Positions 48,906-64,000 of a stretch of DNA of 64,000 bases are shown here, one piece after another (position 1 is the stretch's first letter; each line of letters opens with the position of its first letter). Position numbers and translations under genes: made by a program. Below the pieces are notes generated by a model. The model saw only the letters and a list, made by a program, of their open reading frames with translations, searched no databases and had not been told where the DNA came from. The stretch is taken from NCBI RefSeq assembly GCF_009914755.1, contig NC_060947.1. The stretch is one strand, 5' to 3'. Origin of the DNA: the human T2T-CHM13v2.0 reference genome, Homo sapiens.

Positions 48906-49790
48906 CTGTTAAAAACAAAGGGAAAAAAACACAAGTATACAATACTCATTAATATATTCTTAGATAAGAAAGTCAGAAATTATAAATATCATTGGTTTAT
49001 AAAATTATTAGTTATCAGAAGTCCTCAGGTTGGAAACTCCCGTGTGTGTCATGAACTGCAGAACTTTCCAAACTGAGCTTCTCAGAGGACCACAAACTGT
49101 CCAGGTAGGGGAGAAAGAGACCAAATGGCTGGGATTCCCTGTCCTACCCCTGCTCCAACTAATCACACCTTAGCCAAATTAGATTATTCCATAAAACATA
49201 CTTTATTTTTTGAGGTTCCCTGTAAGACAAGTTTTTTCACATTGCTAAAGAAAAGTCTGTAAATCTCTAACCCAGAGCAATACCTCCAATAGAAAAAAAA
49301 TCTCAGCAAGGCAGAGGACAGAGTTTATTTTCAGAAAGAAGTTGCTCATCTAGTTAGTCTTCGCTGTGTCTAACCCACAGTTCTCCATATTACATACAAT
49401 AATTCTGACAAAATCACAACAGATGGCTTGCTAAAGTCTATACAAAATTATGCCTACTGCCTATAAGAACCAATGTTTCCTGAGCATTGTTAAACTTCAC
49501 TAGCATTTTGTTTATTTTACATCAACTCTTGGGGTTTTCCAGGAGCTACCTTCAAACATGACTCTCCAATATAAGAGAAGGGACTCCTGTGCATAGAAAA
49601 GGTAATAACAGAGGGCATTTAAAAGGCAGGAACAAAGGAGTAAAAAATAGAACATTCGATGTTGCTGAAATTTATTTGCTTAAATTAATGGCTGTCGTTT
49701 GGGTTGACAGTAATCTAGTAAACCACATTTTTTGTTTATTTAACATTGATACAGTGTTCTTTATCAATGTTAAAGAAACAAAAAATGTGA

Positions 49791-49910
49791 TTTTTTTTTT
49801 TTTGTCTTGCTATGTTGCCCTGGCTGGATTTGAGCTCCTGGGCTCAAGGGATCCTCCTACCTCCGCCTCCCAAAGTGCTGGGATTATAGGCATGCGCCAC
49901 TGCCTGGACA
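49791..49910 (-). mobile_element. FLAM/Alu left monomer
   Basis: Single antisense arm. Confidence 0.8.
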
Positions 49911-50789
49911 CAATCATGTTATTTTTCAGTACTGAATTATAATTACTGGGTTGACCATGTCATTCTTTCACTATTTTAAAAATCTGAAATCTGAATCCTT
50001 TGTCTTGAGACATACCAAGATAGTATGTTTGCATTAACACTGCAAATTGAATAAAGGTACATTCATTAAGAAAATGTGCTCCTGCACTCCTCCCTTAAGG
50101 GGAGGAAGAAAATGACAACTTGTATCCAAATATGACATAGATCCCATAAATACATACAAGTATTATGTATTCATAATAAAAAGTAAAAAACTTTTAAAAT
50201 AATTTTTAAAAGATTAAAGTACCTGCCCCTTCTCCATCCCCATCATCAAATAAACAATGTTTTCAAAGAGAGCTCTCCAAAATTATCAAATTAGCTTGGA
50301 ACTGGAAACTAAAGGAGTCAAAGGAAACTATTTGGTGTTATCTTACATTTTCACCATTATACCAACTAATCACAAAGACATTTCAGAAGCTGGAAAATAT
50401 ACACACATGTTAATTTTTTAATGCATTTAAAATATTATTTCACTTTAAATTTCACTATTAACTTTTCTTACTTTTATTTTTCATTTAAAAAATTTCATCT
50501 GCTACCATTTATATTAGAACAATCTGCCTGATTTTTTTCAATGTTCATGACTATATTTTTGAAATATTTAGCTTTGACTTTTGATTTTTATTTTGTAAAT
50601 TTTGAGTGTTTTTAAAGAAAAATAACAGTATCAATATATTTTAAAATCACAATGTTATTTTTTTTCCATACAGCAAACATAAGTTGAAACAAAATGGAAA
50701 TGTTATAGATACTGATATCGGATGGCTGAACTCAGGAATGTGTAAGATAATACTGCTGGCATTTAATTCAGTCAGCCACAAGAGATCTG

Positions 50790-53800
<3,011 letters not shown>

Positions 53801-54200
53801 TTTAGAGTTGACTCCAGCATTATTGAATTCATCAGATTGATTCTTCTCTCCCTGCCCCAGTTTATTGAGGTATAATATATGTACAGTAAGATTCACTTCA
53901 CATTGATTTTTAAAGTATACTGAGTTTCAAACTAACTAGTCTGAACATAAATACACCCATGTATTAATAGTACTTTCATTGTGGTTTTGAAGAAGTAGAA
54001 CACTATAAAAAGTTTTAAGTTTGCCCAAGCAAAGAAATAACAATCTATCGATAGTTATGTGAGGCTTTCAAAAGCCTACATACTCTTAGTACATTTCTAA
54101 AGACCCTCATCATACTCTTAGTAAATTCCTAAATTGTATGTTATAAATAATAAGGCACTATAAAAACCTATAATACAAATTAGGAGGACATACAACTAAC

Positions 54201-54418
54201 CTTTTTTCCTGAGTTTGGACCTTTTTTCCTTGGTGTGATATTTTTAACAGAACTGCTCCTTTTGGGGACTGCAGTAGGTCCAGGTGGTTTAATTCGACTT
54301 GATCTCCTGACCTGCTGTGTTGGTAATATTAGAGTAGTTTTCTGTGGAGACTGCATTGAATGCTGGCTTGCTTCGGAAGGAGAAGACTCTGTTTTTGCTA
54401 TATTCTTTACAATAGGAA
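54201..54418 (-). CDS. SCML2: SCML2 internal exon (VPIVKNIAKTESS...KKGPNSGKK), basic RNA-binding region after the MBT repeats
   Basis: cctcag acceptor, AAG|gttag donor, 218 nt, phase 1-0; ORF 54180..54458; recognised SCML2 peptide. Confidence 0.95.
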
Positions 54419-56109
54419 CTGAGGAAAAAAATACAAAAAATATTAAAGTAAATGACACAATTAAGGCATTGTCTCCTCATGACTCAAAATAAGTTTTACT
54501 CGACCTTTAAAACCATTTCCAAAGGTTATTCACTGAAAACCACTTAAAACTAAAAGTACCATCTGAAATGAAGTTTTAGGTATCCTAAGATTTCATATTA
54601 TTTGAAAATAGTTTAATTCTCCAGAAAAAATAAAGCGGTTTTTATTAGAGGAATCAGTAACTTCAACTTAGCATGGTAAAAATTCCTAGCAACTTACCTA
54701 TTAGGAACTTCCCATATTTTTATGGGAAGCACAAAAAGGAGTCTTTCCTTCAGAATACACTATCCAATTATGTCATATACAGGAATCATCTCTCACATCA
54801 ACATAGAAAAACATAGCAAAGCAATTGCCTAGGGCTCCTGCTTCATGTTTCAGAGGGCAGGGGCTCCCTTGCTCTTGACTTTTTTCAGATTTAATGAGGT
54901 ATAATTGGCAAATAAAAATTATATATTTAAGGTTGATATACATTATGTCCCTATATGTATGTCTACTAATAAAGTTTCATATACTAAAATAGAGACTTTA
55001 CATTAATGTTGTCATGGAAAGATCACTATCAGGCCCAAGTGATTTGTAGCTACTAGTTTCCTTGTAGCCCAATACAGTTTCAATATTCAAATAAAGGTTA
55101 CCTGCCAGGTTACTTTTGTCCATGTTCACATTTAAGTAAAAAGAGATATGTTTAGTATTAATTCCTTGATAATTTCATTATTACAAATAAATGAATTTTA
55201 CATAGTAAAAAGCACTAATGCTTAAAAAAATTCTTTACAGGAAGAACTATGTAAGTGAAACATTTATACATCTATGCAAAAATCAACTACTGTTATTTTG
55301 AGGGCTTCATTTTACAACTCCAAACCAATCTGCTGCTTTGTTCCTCCCACACTCAAAGACTATGTACATGTAAATCTGACCCGCAATAGATAATACCACA
55401 TCTTTCCTACGGCCTTTTCATCTACCTTCTACCACTTACCAAACCAAAAGGAAGGAACAGCCTATCCTGAGCTGCCAGGGCAAAGAGAGGACCACTTCAC
55501 TGCCAACATCACTTTCCCCCTCATTTACAAGTAGTTTGCCTACTTACACCAGCCTCTTTTTACCTCATTGCCATCATCTACTTCATACTCCAGGCTCACT
55601 TCCACTTTTTTGAAAAAGTCCAGTAACCTAACACACATTATTTCTGCATACATAGTCTTCCTGTCTTCATCTTAAGGAATCTGACCATCGTACTCTTGGA
55701 TGCTTCATCATCCTGACCTTATCACTGGAGAGTTCAGCTATTTCCTAAAATGGCTGTAGTTGGCAATTTCTGAAACTCTTGTATCTCCAAGACAACCAAC
55801 CATGTCCCCTTTCTCCAATTCCAACTTCCTTACCTGTTATCTTTGCTTCAAACCAACTGATCAGGCTTTACATTCTCATTATGACATCTATCCACAAGCC
55901 CATATTCCATTTTCATGCAATCCATTAGCTTTCTTCTGGCTTTGCTTTACTCTCTACTCAACCTGCACCCAACTGTCCACCTCCACCAAAAACCCCTAAC
56001 TAGTATACCTTCTTTTATCACCCTTTGATCTTTGATCATGTCCAGAATGTCAGTCCCCATCTCTGAGTCACACTATCATCTGCTTTCTCTGGTCCTGAGC
56101 TATAGAACA

Positions 56110-56635
<526 letters not shown>

Positions 56636-56863
56636 GAACATTAAGATGCTACTGGTGTCTATAAAATCCATGCTAACCTCAACTGAGGAGTCACTGCTGC
56701 AACTCACTGATTTCCAAGTATGTTTCCATGGTAGAAGGCTTTTCCCTATTTAAGTTCCCATCTCCCTTTCTCTCTTCCATTCAGGGAATGACCCAATCTT
56801 CTACTTTATGAGAAGATTAAAGGCTATCCCCTTTGGGGGTAAACTTAAAAATCCCATTTCTCT

Positions 56864-57160
<297 letters not shown>

Positions 57161-57235
57161 TCCCATTTCTCCATCTTAAAATACTTTTTCAATCATTCTC
57201 ATCTTTTTCTCTTACATCAAATGAAAAGTTTTCTC

Positions 57236-57397
57236 GGTGGGGGGAGGGAGGAGGGATAGCATTGGGAGATATACCTAATGCTAGATGACGAGTTAGTGGG
57301 TGCAGCGCACCAGCATGGCACATGTATACATATGTAACTAACCTGCACACTGTGCACATGTACCCTAAAACTTAAAGTATAATAATAAAAAAAAAAA
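57236..57397 (+). mobile_element. Young 5'-truncated L1 (L1PA2-like) 3' end
   Basis: gcattgggagatatacctaatgctagatgacgagttagtggg; poly(A); perfect 13-bp TSD gaaaagttttctc. Confidence 0.92.
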
Positions 57398-57794
57398 GAA
57401 AAGTTTTCTCTCTAGTTTTCGAAGTCCAATCTTCTTTTATTTATGCCTTAACAACACCTTGCTTTGGTTCCTATGGGACATTTTGGTTTCAATTATCTCT
57501 TCTCTCCTCAATATTTGATCACTCAATCCCCAACTCCTTGCTGTCTCTTACTACTTTCACATATCCCTTATTTTGAAGTTACCTCCCTGTTTCTGATACA
57601 CTTTCAAGCCCTTGAGGGAATTCCCTCTTTCCACTCACTACTATGAATAAAACATCAAGAAGAATTACCTATACTTGACATTTCAATTTCCTTATTATTC
57701 CATTTCCTTAGCCCCTGTAATAAACTTTTCTTCCCCCAAACATATTTTAAAGAAATTATTTTCCAAGGTCATTAAGTGACCTCTTTTTAGTTAC

Positions 57795-58169
57795 TGAGAT
57801 GGTTAGGCTTTGTGTCCCCACCCAAATCTCATCTTGAATTGTAATTTCCATAATCCCCACATGTCAAGGGAGAGACCAGGTGGAGGAAATTGAATCATGG
57901 AGGCGGTTTCCCCCATGCTGTTCTCGTGATAGTAAGAGAGTTCTCACGAGATCTGATGGTTTTATAAGGGGCTCTTCCCACTTCGCTCGGAACCTCTCTT
58001 TCCTGCTGCTTTGTGAAGAAGGTGCCTTGCTTCCTCTTTGCCTTCCACCATGAATGTAAGTTTCCTGAGGCCTCTCCAGCCATGCTGAACTGTGAGTCAA
58101 TTAAACCTCCTTTATAAATTATCCAGTTTGGGGCAGTTCCTTATAGCAGTATGAAAACAGACTAACACA
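57795..58169 (+). mobile_element. THE1/MST MaLR solo LTR
   Basis: tgagatggttaggctttgtgtccccacccaaatctc...gaaaacagactaacaca. Confidence 0.9.
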
Positions 58170-58617
58170 ATTACTAAACCCAAATAAAATGTTCATTCTC
58201 TTGACCAATCTACTGATCTCTACAGTTCTAGTCCCCAACTCTAAATATATAGAATGAAGAAGAGGAATAATTGAGCTCCAGATCTGGGTTCAAATTCCTG
58301 TGCCAGGTTGGTTTAAGACAGAACCTAGGAATATAGGAGGTCCTCAAAAAATACTGAATGAACGAATGAAAAATATTTTCAGCCTGCAAGTCAATGTTAT
58401 ACCCCCAAAACTAGTATATTCTATATAAAATAAGCAGTTAAATTGTAGCAAATAGTAACTTTACAGAACATGGCAACTATAATGAAATCAATATTTGATC
58501 TAACTATTTTGGCATTTGAAAACTGAAGCTATAGTTTCAAATAGTCCCCTAAAGTATATATATTTGTTCTATATTATAATAAAAATTTTTTGATGTATGG
58601 CATATATGTATGTATGA

Positions 58618-58943
<326 letters not shown>

Positions 58944-59769
58944 AAAAATTTTTACATATGAACAAAATTTCACTTTAGAAAGCAGGCTTTTCAAAGTCAA
59001 GGACTCAGTTTTTTGGGGGTTTTTCATTTTTTGTTTGAGACAAGGTTTCACTCTGTCGTCCAGTGCCGACATGCAGGAGTGAAGTGATGTGATCATAGCT
59101 CACTGAAGCCTTGAACTCCTAGGCTCAAGTAATCTTCCCACCTCAGCCTCCTAAGGACTCGATTTTATTTATTGCCATATCCCCAGCACCTAGAATAAAA
59201 TACTTTTTAAGCCGATTCAACTAAAAAGGAAAGAGTAACCATTCAATATATTACACATCAAAATTAAACTCCCAGGAGCAATCATATAACATACATATAG
59301 ATATACATACATATATACACACACACACACCATGCTGAAACTCTATTCAGTATTAAACTACTTGAAATAGGAAATGGATTTGTTTAAATAAGGTTAAAAC
59401 TATATATAAAACTTTATATGTTCATATGTATATGAACACACAAACTTTGTGTGTTCATAGTGGTCACAAAGTGAATAAAAATCTTTTTGAAAAAGTTATG
59501 TGAAATATAAAGAAGGATATGCTACTCATCTTTAATAAAACTTTTATGTAAACAACCAACACAAAATTTACCTGGTTCTTCAGCTTATCTTCAGACAGAA
59601 CAGAAAATGTCCAGGTAAGAAAAACATCCAAGAAATGATAATTATTGAATTGTGGAAATGAAAAAGAAATTAACAAATCTTGGGAAACAATCTAGAAGGC
59701 AAGGAGTAAAGCCAACAGGGGGTCTGGAAGCCTGGAATGAGGGAAACTAGAGAAAGAAAGGAGATAGGT

Positions 59770-59990
59770 GCCAATATTTACTGGCTACCCATTACATGCT
59801 AGGCACTTCAATATCCATTATTGCATGAAATCCTCCCAAACATCCTATGAGGTAGATATTGTTTCCTCACTTTACACATGAGGAAACATAGGCTCTGTGA
59901 GGTTAGGTAACTGAGCCAAGAGCACCCATGTGGTTAAGAGTGTTTGCCTCCTAAGCTCATGCCTTTTCCAATATGCCACTCTGCTTTCTG
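59770..59990 (-). mobile_element. MIR
   Basis: cctatgaggtag...cacttttacacatgaggaaacataggctc. Confidence 0.65.
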
Positions 59991-60220
59991 TCCTGTAACA
60001 ACAACAACAACAACAAAAAGGCCATCATCAAATTCACTCCCAAGTCAAGATGCATGTGTGTGTGTGTTTTTTTTTAATGACCCAGTGGACAACCTTGTGA
60101 ACTCCTATGTGCTGTTTCACTATATAGTCAATAGTCAACAGGTGCTCTCTGACAGGGACTCTTGTTTAGAAAAAAAAAATCAGATGTGAAAGCATGTTTA
60201 TAGGGAAAAATATTAACAAG

Positions 60221-60475
60221 CAGAGTATCCCCCCGTTATCCATATATTCTGGGGGATACATTCTGAGATGCTCCCCCACCCCCCTGCCCAGTGGATGCCT
60301 GAAACTGCCGATAGTATCAGACTCCATATATACTATGTACGAATTTTTTTTCCCTTCTTTGCAATTTCATAGATAAAAGTTTTGTTCTTACTGTAGACCT
60401 TGGCAACCTAAGCATATGATTTTTGTCTTTCCTTATTCAGTCAACAACTTTCACCTTTTCACTTAAAGGAAGCCT
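60221..60475. mobile_element. MER2-like TcMar-Tigger fragment
   Basis: gggggatacattc...cagtggatgcctgaaactgccgatagta. Confidence 0.65.
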
Positions 60476-62236
60476 AGAGTTCATATACACTCAGCTGTGC
60501 TGCCCAATGCCTCTGCTTGGAACTTTGCTCCCTGTCCCACAGAACCCAGATTGCCACAAACTAATCAATCATGGGCAGCAATAAGAGCAAAGGGGAGGTA
60601 GGTCAGGTATAAACCCCGTGAGCTTCCTTCATTTGCTCCTGCTGCCATCCCATACCATAACACTGGCTTCCTTGACTGGTGTCTTCAGATACTGCTCTAT
60701 TTCTTCTCTCCCTTCCCCCTACCTGTATCAGAAGAGCCACTCGTCCCATCCCAGAGGTCAACCTTGCTTTGGGAATTAAACATTCGTAACAACCAAGTCT
60801 GCTCTTCCTCTGAAAATACCTTTTGAATACTCAAGGACTGTTACTGTCAGATAAGAGTGACTTTACCTCTCCATAAGCATAGAAGTCCTTTAAATGTATG
60901 TTTATTTCCTTATTTTCAGCAACAACAAAATACCCTTTAAGAACACCTCAAAGGCTGAGGAAAACTCTAGAAGGAAACCACAAGGGGTAGATACCAGTGG
61001 AAAGGAAAACAAGGAAGCATGTTCCTGGTACTTATCACAACAGGCATCTGGAAGTCAGAAGCCAGCTGAACACTAAGAATTTTCTCAGAAGAGGTGGGGT
61101 AGAGATCACATGGACATGGGGCTCTGTTACCAATTGCTCTTTACAGCTATTCCTTTCCCTGCTTCTCACTATCTATTGTAGGAACACTGGTTCCATACTA
61201 ATTAGGTTCAAATCCAGCTTCGCCACACAATACCTCCTATGAGATTTGGGGCAGATTATTTAAATTTTGCACGTGGCACATTTAATCAACAGCAGCAACA
61301 CTCACATCACCATCCCTGTCTCTATTCCTACCCTCCTTTCCCAGGCCCTAAAGGTGTTCCTTGCCCTCTTCTATCAATGGATTAGAGACTGGGGAAGGCT
61401 TGCCGCCACTGCCTGACAAATGGAAGGAAAAAAGTTTCCTCCAAAGAAGGAAATCCTACTTACCTACACTCTCCCCAGCTAATACCTTCTCTATTTCCTT
61501 TTAAGACTAAGCTTCTTTAAAGACTAGTCCATGTTCACTATTATTACGATTTTCTCATTTTTAACCTGCTATAACAACATTTCCACAGATACAACCTTTT
61601 AGGGAACCTTTGTGTGTTAATATCACCAACAACTTCCTAACAGCCATTGACAATGGATGCCTCTTCCTGATCTTACTTGATTTTTAGCACTAGACACTCT
61701 GCCTTCTTTTCAAAATTCTTTAAGTCTCACATAGCAACTCTTTCCTGAGTTCCCTCCTACTTCCGTCACTTTTCCAGTAGTGTTCCTCATGATTGACTGC
61801 CTTCTCCCCCATCCCCACCTCAGTTTTGAGTGCTCTAGTTCAGTCCCATTATTTCAGCTACTGCCTATAGTAATGATTACCAAATCATTCACTCTCACGT
61901 TCTCTTGCCTGCTCAAGTGCATGCATACTTGTGCACATGCCTGCATACTCTCTCTCCCTCTCTCTAGCATAGGCCTCTTGCAAGTTCCAGAGATGTTTTC
62001 AATAGCCAACTAGATATCTACATAAGCATCCCAAATTCAACATTTCCAAAAGTAGAATTCATTTTGTTTATCCTAAATTCTCTATCTTGATGAACGACAT
62101 TACCTATCTGAAGTCAGAAATCTTGAAGTCATCCTTGTATGCTTCCTCCCTCCAAATGTCTAGCCAAGCCTACCTCCCAAGTATTTCCCAGATGTGTTAT
62201 TCATGCCTGTCAATGACTTGATTCAGGACCTCATAA

Positions 62237-63042
62237 TGATAGAAACAGGAGGCAGAGAAATTCTGGGAGGGTGGGTTCCCAGCAAGGGCCTTACCCTCAA
62301 GCCAAAAAGCTTGATACCATGGCCCAAAGTGAGAACTTACATCTCTGTTTTACTGCTCAAATGTTGCCTTTTCCAAAACCACCCATGGCCCCCCTTACCC
62401 CCCATCCTGTGCCCATAAAAACCCCAGTCTCAGCTGGCAGAGTGAGGAGAAGTAGCTGGACCTCAGAGACTATGGTTGGACATCACAGAGAAGCGGCTTC
62501 ACTTCAGAGGGACAGCTTGCCAGTGTAGCTTCAGGGGAGGATTGCCTTCCCACTCCATCCCCTTTTCAATTCCCCATCCCACTGAGAGCCACCTCCATCA
62601 GCAATAAAATCCCCCACATTTACTATACTTCAAATTCACTCATGCAACCTCATTCCTCCTGGATGCCAGACAAGAACTCAGGTGCCACAAGTGCGAGTGC
62701 AAAAGGCTGTCACACTGACCCTCCACTGAGCTGTTAACACTTAAGCCATCTGTGGATGGCAGAGCTAAAAGAACACTGACTGTTAACACTCCCTCTGGGG
62801 CTTCAGGGGTCACAGGTACCCCCCTAGATGCTGCCATGGGGCCCCCATGGAGTTCACTCCTTCCAGCGCCCAAAAGCACTCGCCCCAGCTCCTGCACCTG
62901 CCCACCTGTATGTTCCTCTTCCCACAAGGGGTGGAATGTAGCAGGTCCAAGTGAGTGGAGTTTGCCCCTGCCGGCACCAAAGCAGCCAGCTAGTGCACTC
63001 CAGTTCCCACCCATGAAGGGGTCAGGGAAATATCCTGCTTCA
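62237..63042 (+). mobile_element. ERV1 solo LTR (MER50/LTR27-like)
   Basis: TG...CA ends, 4-bp TSD ataa, internal aataaa at ~62603. Confidence 0.8.
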
Positions 63043-63314
63043 ATAACCTCTCACATAAGCTACATTAGCCTCTTAATTGCCATTCCAGGCTGCCCTTTCT
63101 GATCCATACTCTAGCCCATAAGCATGATCTTTAGAAAATACAAATTTATGTCACTTTTCCACTTGAAACTCTTCAGTGATGCCACATTACCTACATGCTA
63201 AAATCTTAATTCCCTGGTCTGCTGTCTAAGGCCCTCTACTATCTGCCCTCTGTGTATCTTCATAGCCCCATCTTTTTTCCCAGCTGTCATTATAGATTCT
63301 GCCATAATCATCTG

Positions 63315-63896
63315 TGTAAACCAAAAAATAAAATTCTAAGCCCCACTCCCAACCATCGGAATGGACTTCCCCCTAGGATAGGGCACTTTAAAATTTAACC
63401 TGAAAGACTGGTTCAGGTCTGATGAGAAACAGGGGTCGGATATGCCTCGTTATACCTCTCCAGCATTAATATCAACACAGACCTTTAGTCTGATAAGAAA
63501 CATTTATGATCTATTCTCTCTGAAGCCTGCTACCTGCAGGTTTCATCTACATGATAAAACTTGGTCTCTACAACCTCATATCACAACCCAGACATTTCTT
63601 CCTACTGATAACTCTTTCAACCAATTGCCAATTCGAAAAATTTTAACTCTATGACCTGGAAGTCCCCCCACCTTCGAGCTGTCCCACCTTTCTGGACCAA
63701 ACCAATGTATTTTCTTAAATGTATTTGATTGCAGTCTCATGTCTCCCTAAAATGTATAAAACCAAGCTGCACCCTGACCACCTTGGGCACATGTTCTCAG
63801 GATCTCCTGGGGGCTGTGTCACATGCCAGGGTCACTCATATTCGGCTCAGAATAAACCTCTTCAAACATTTTACAGAATTTGACTTTTCGTCAACA
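63315..63896 (+). mobile_element. MER4-family ERV1 solo LTR
   Basis: tgtaaaccaaaaaataaaattctaag...tcgtcaaca; 4-bp TSD tctg. Confidence 0.88.
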
Positions 63897-64000
63897 TCTG
63901 CTCAGGCTTCCATTCTCACTCTTTCTGTCTTCACAGAGATCGATCCTCCTTTCAGGAAAGGGCTTCCCTTCCTTGTTGTCAATGGCTAAACTATTACACA

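Overview
Alu-rich primate (very likely human Xp22) genomic DNA carrying two minus-strand genes in tandem. The 5' end of BEND2 comprises a CpG-island promoter at about 9.4-9.6 kb and coding exons 1-3; exon 3 is an exonized antisense AluJ arm. The 3' half of SCML2 comprises 8 coding exons at 29865-54418 (RBR, SLED/DUF3588 and SAM regions) and a 3' UTR ending near 27.93 kb. I traced all 11 exons by hand through GT-AG sites, and they join in frame. The rest is Alu, L1, LTR and DNA-transposon sequence plus a GC-rich, repeat-poor intergenic block (14.4-19.4 kb). Most notable: a recent ~245-bp duplication flanking BEND2 exon 1, with a microhomology-mediated 148-bp deletion and one-sided CpG decay; three helically phased MYB/RFX-type motifs near the BEND2 start; phase compatibility for an in-frame SCML2-BEND2 read-through; an NMD-escaping SAM-skipping switch; and several unusual retrotransposon junctions. 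No wholly new biological system can be demonstrated from sequence alone. Gene and repeat names come from recognition, not database searches, and repeat boundaries are approximate.
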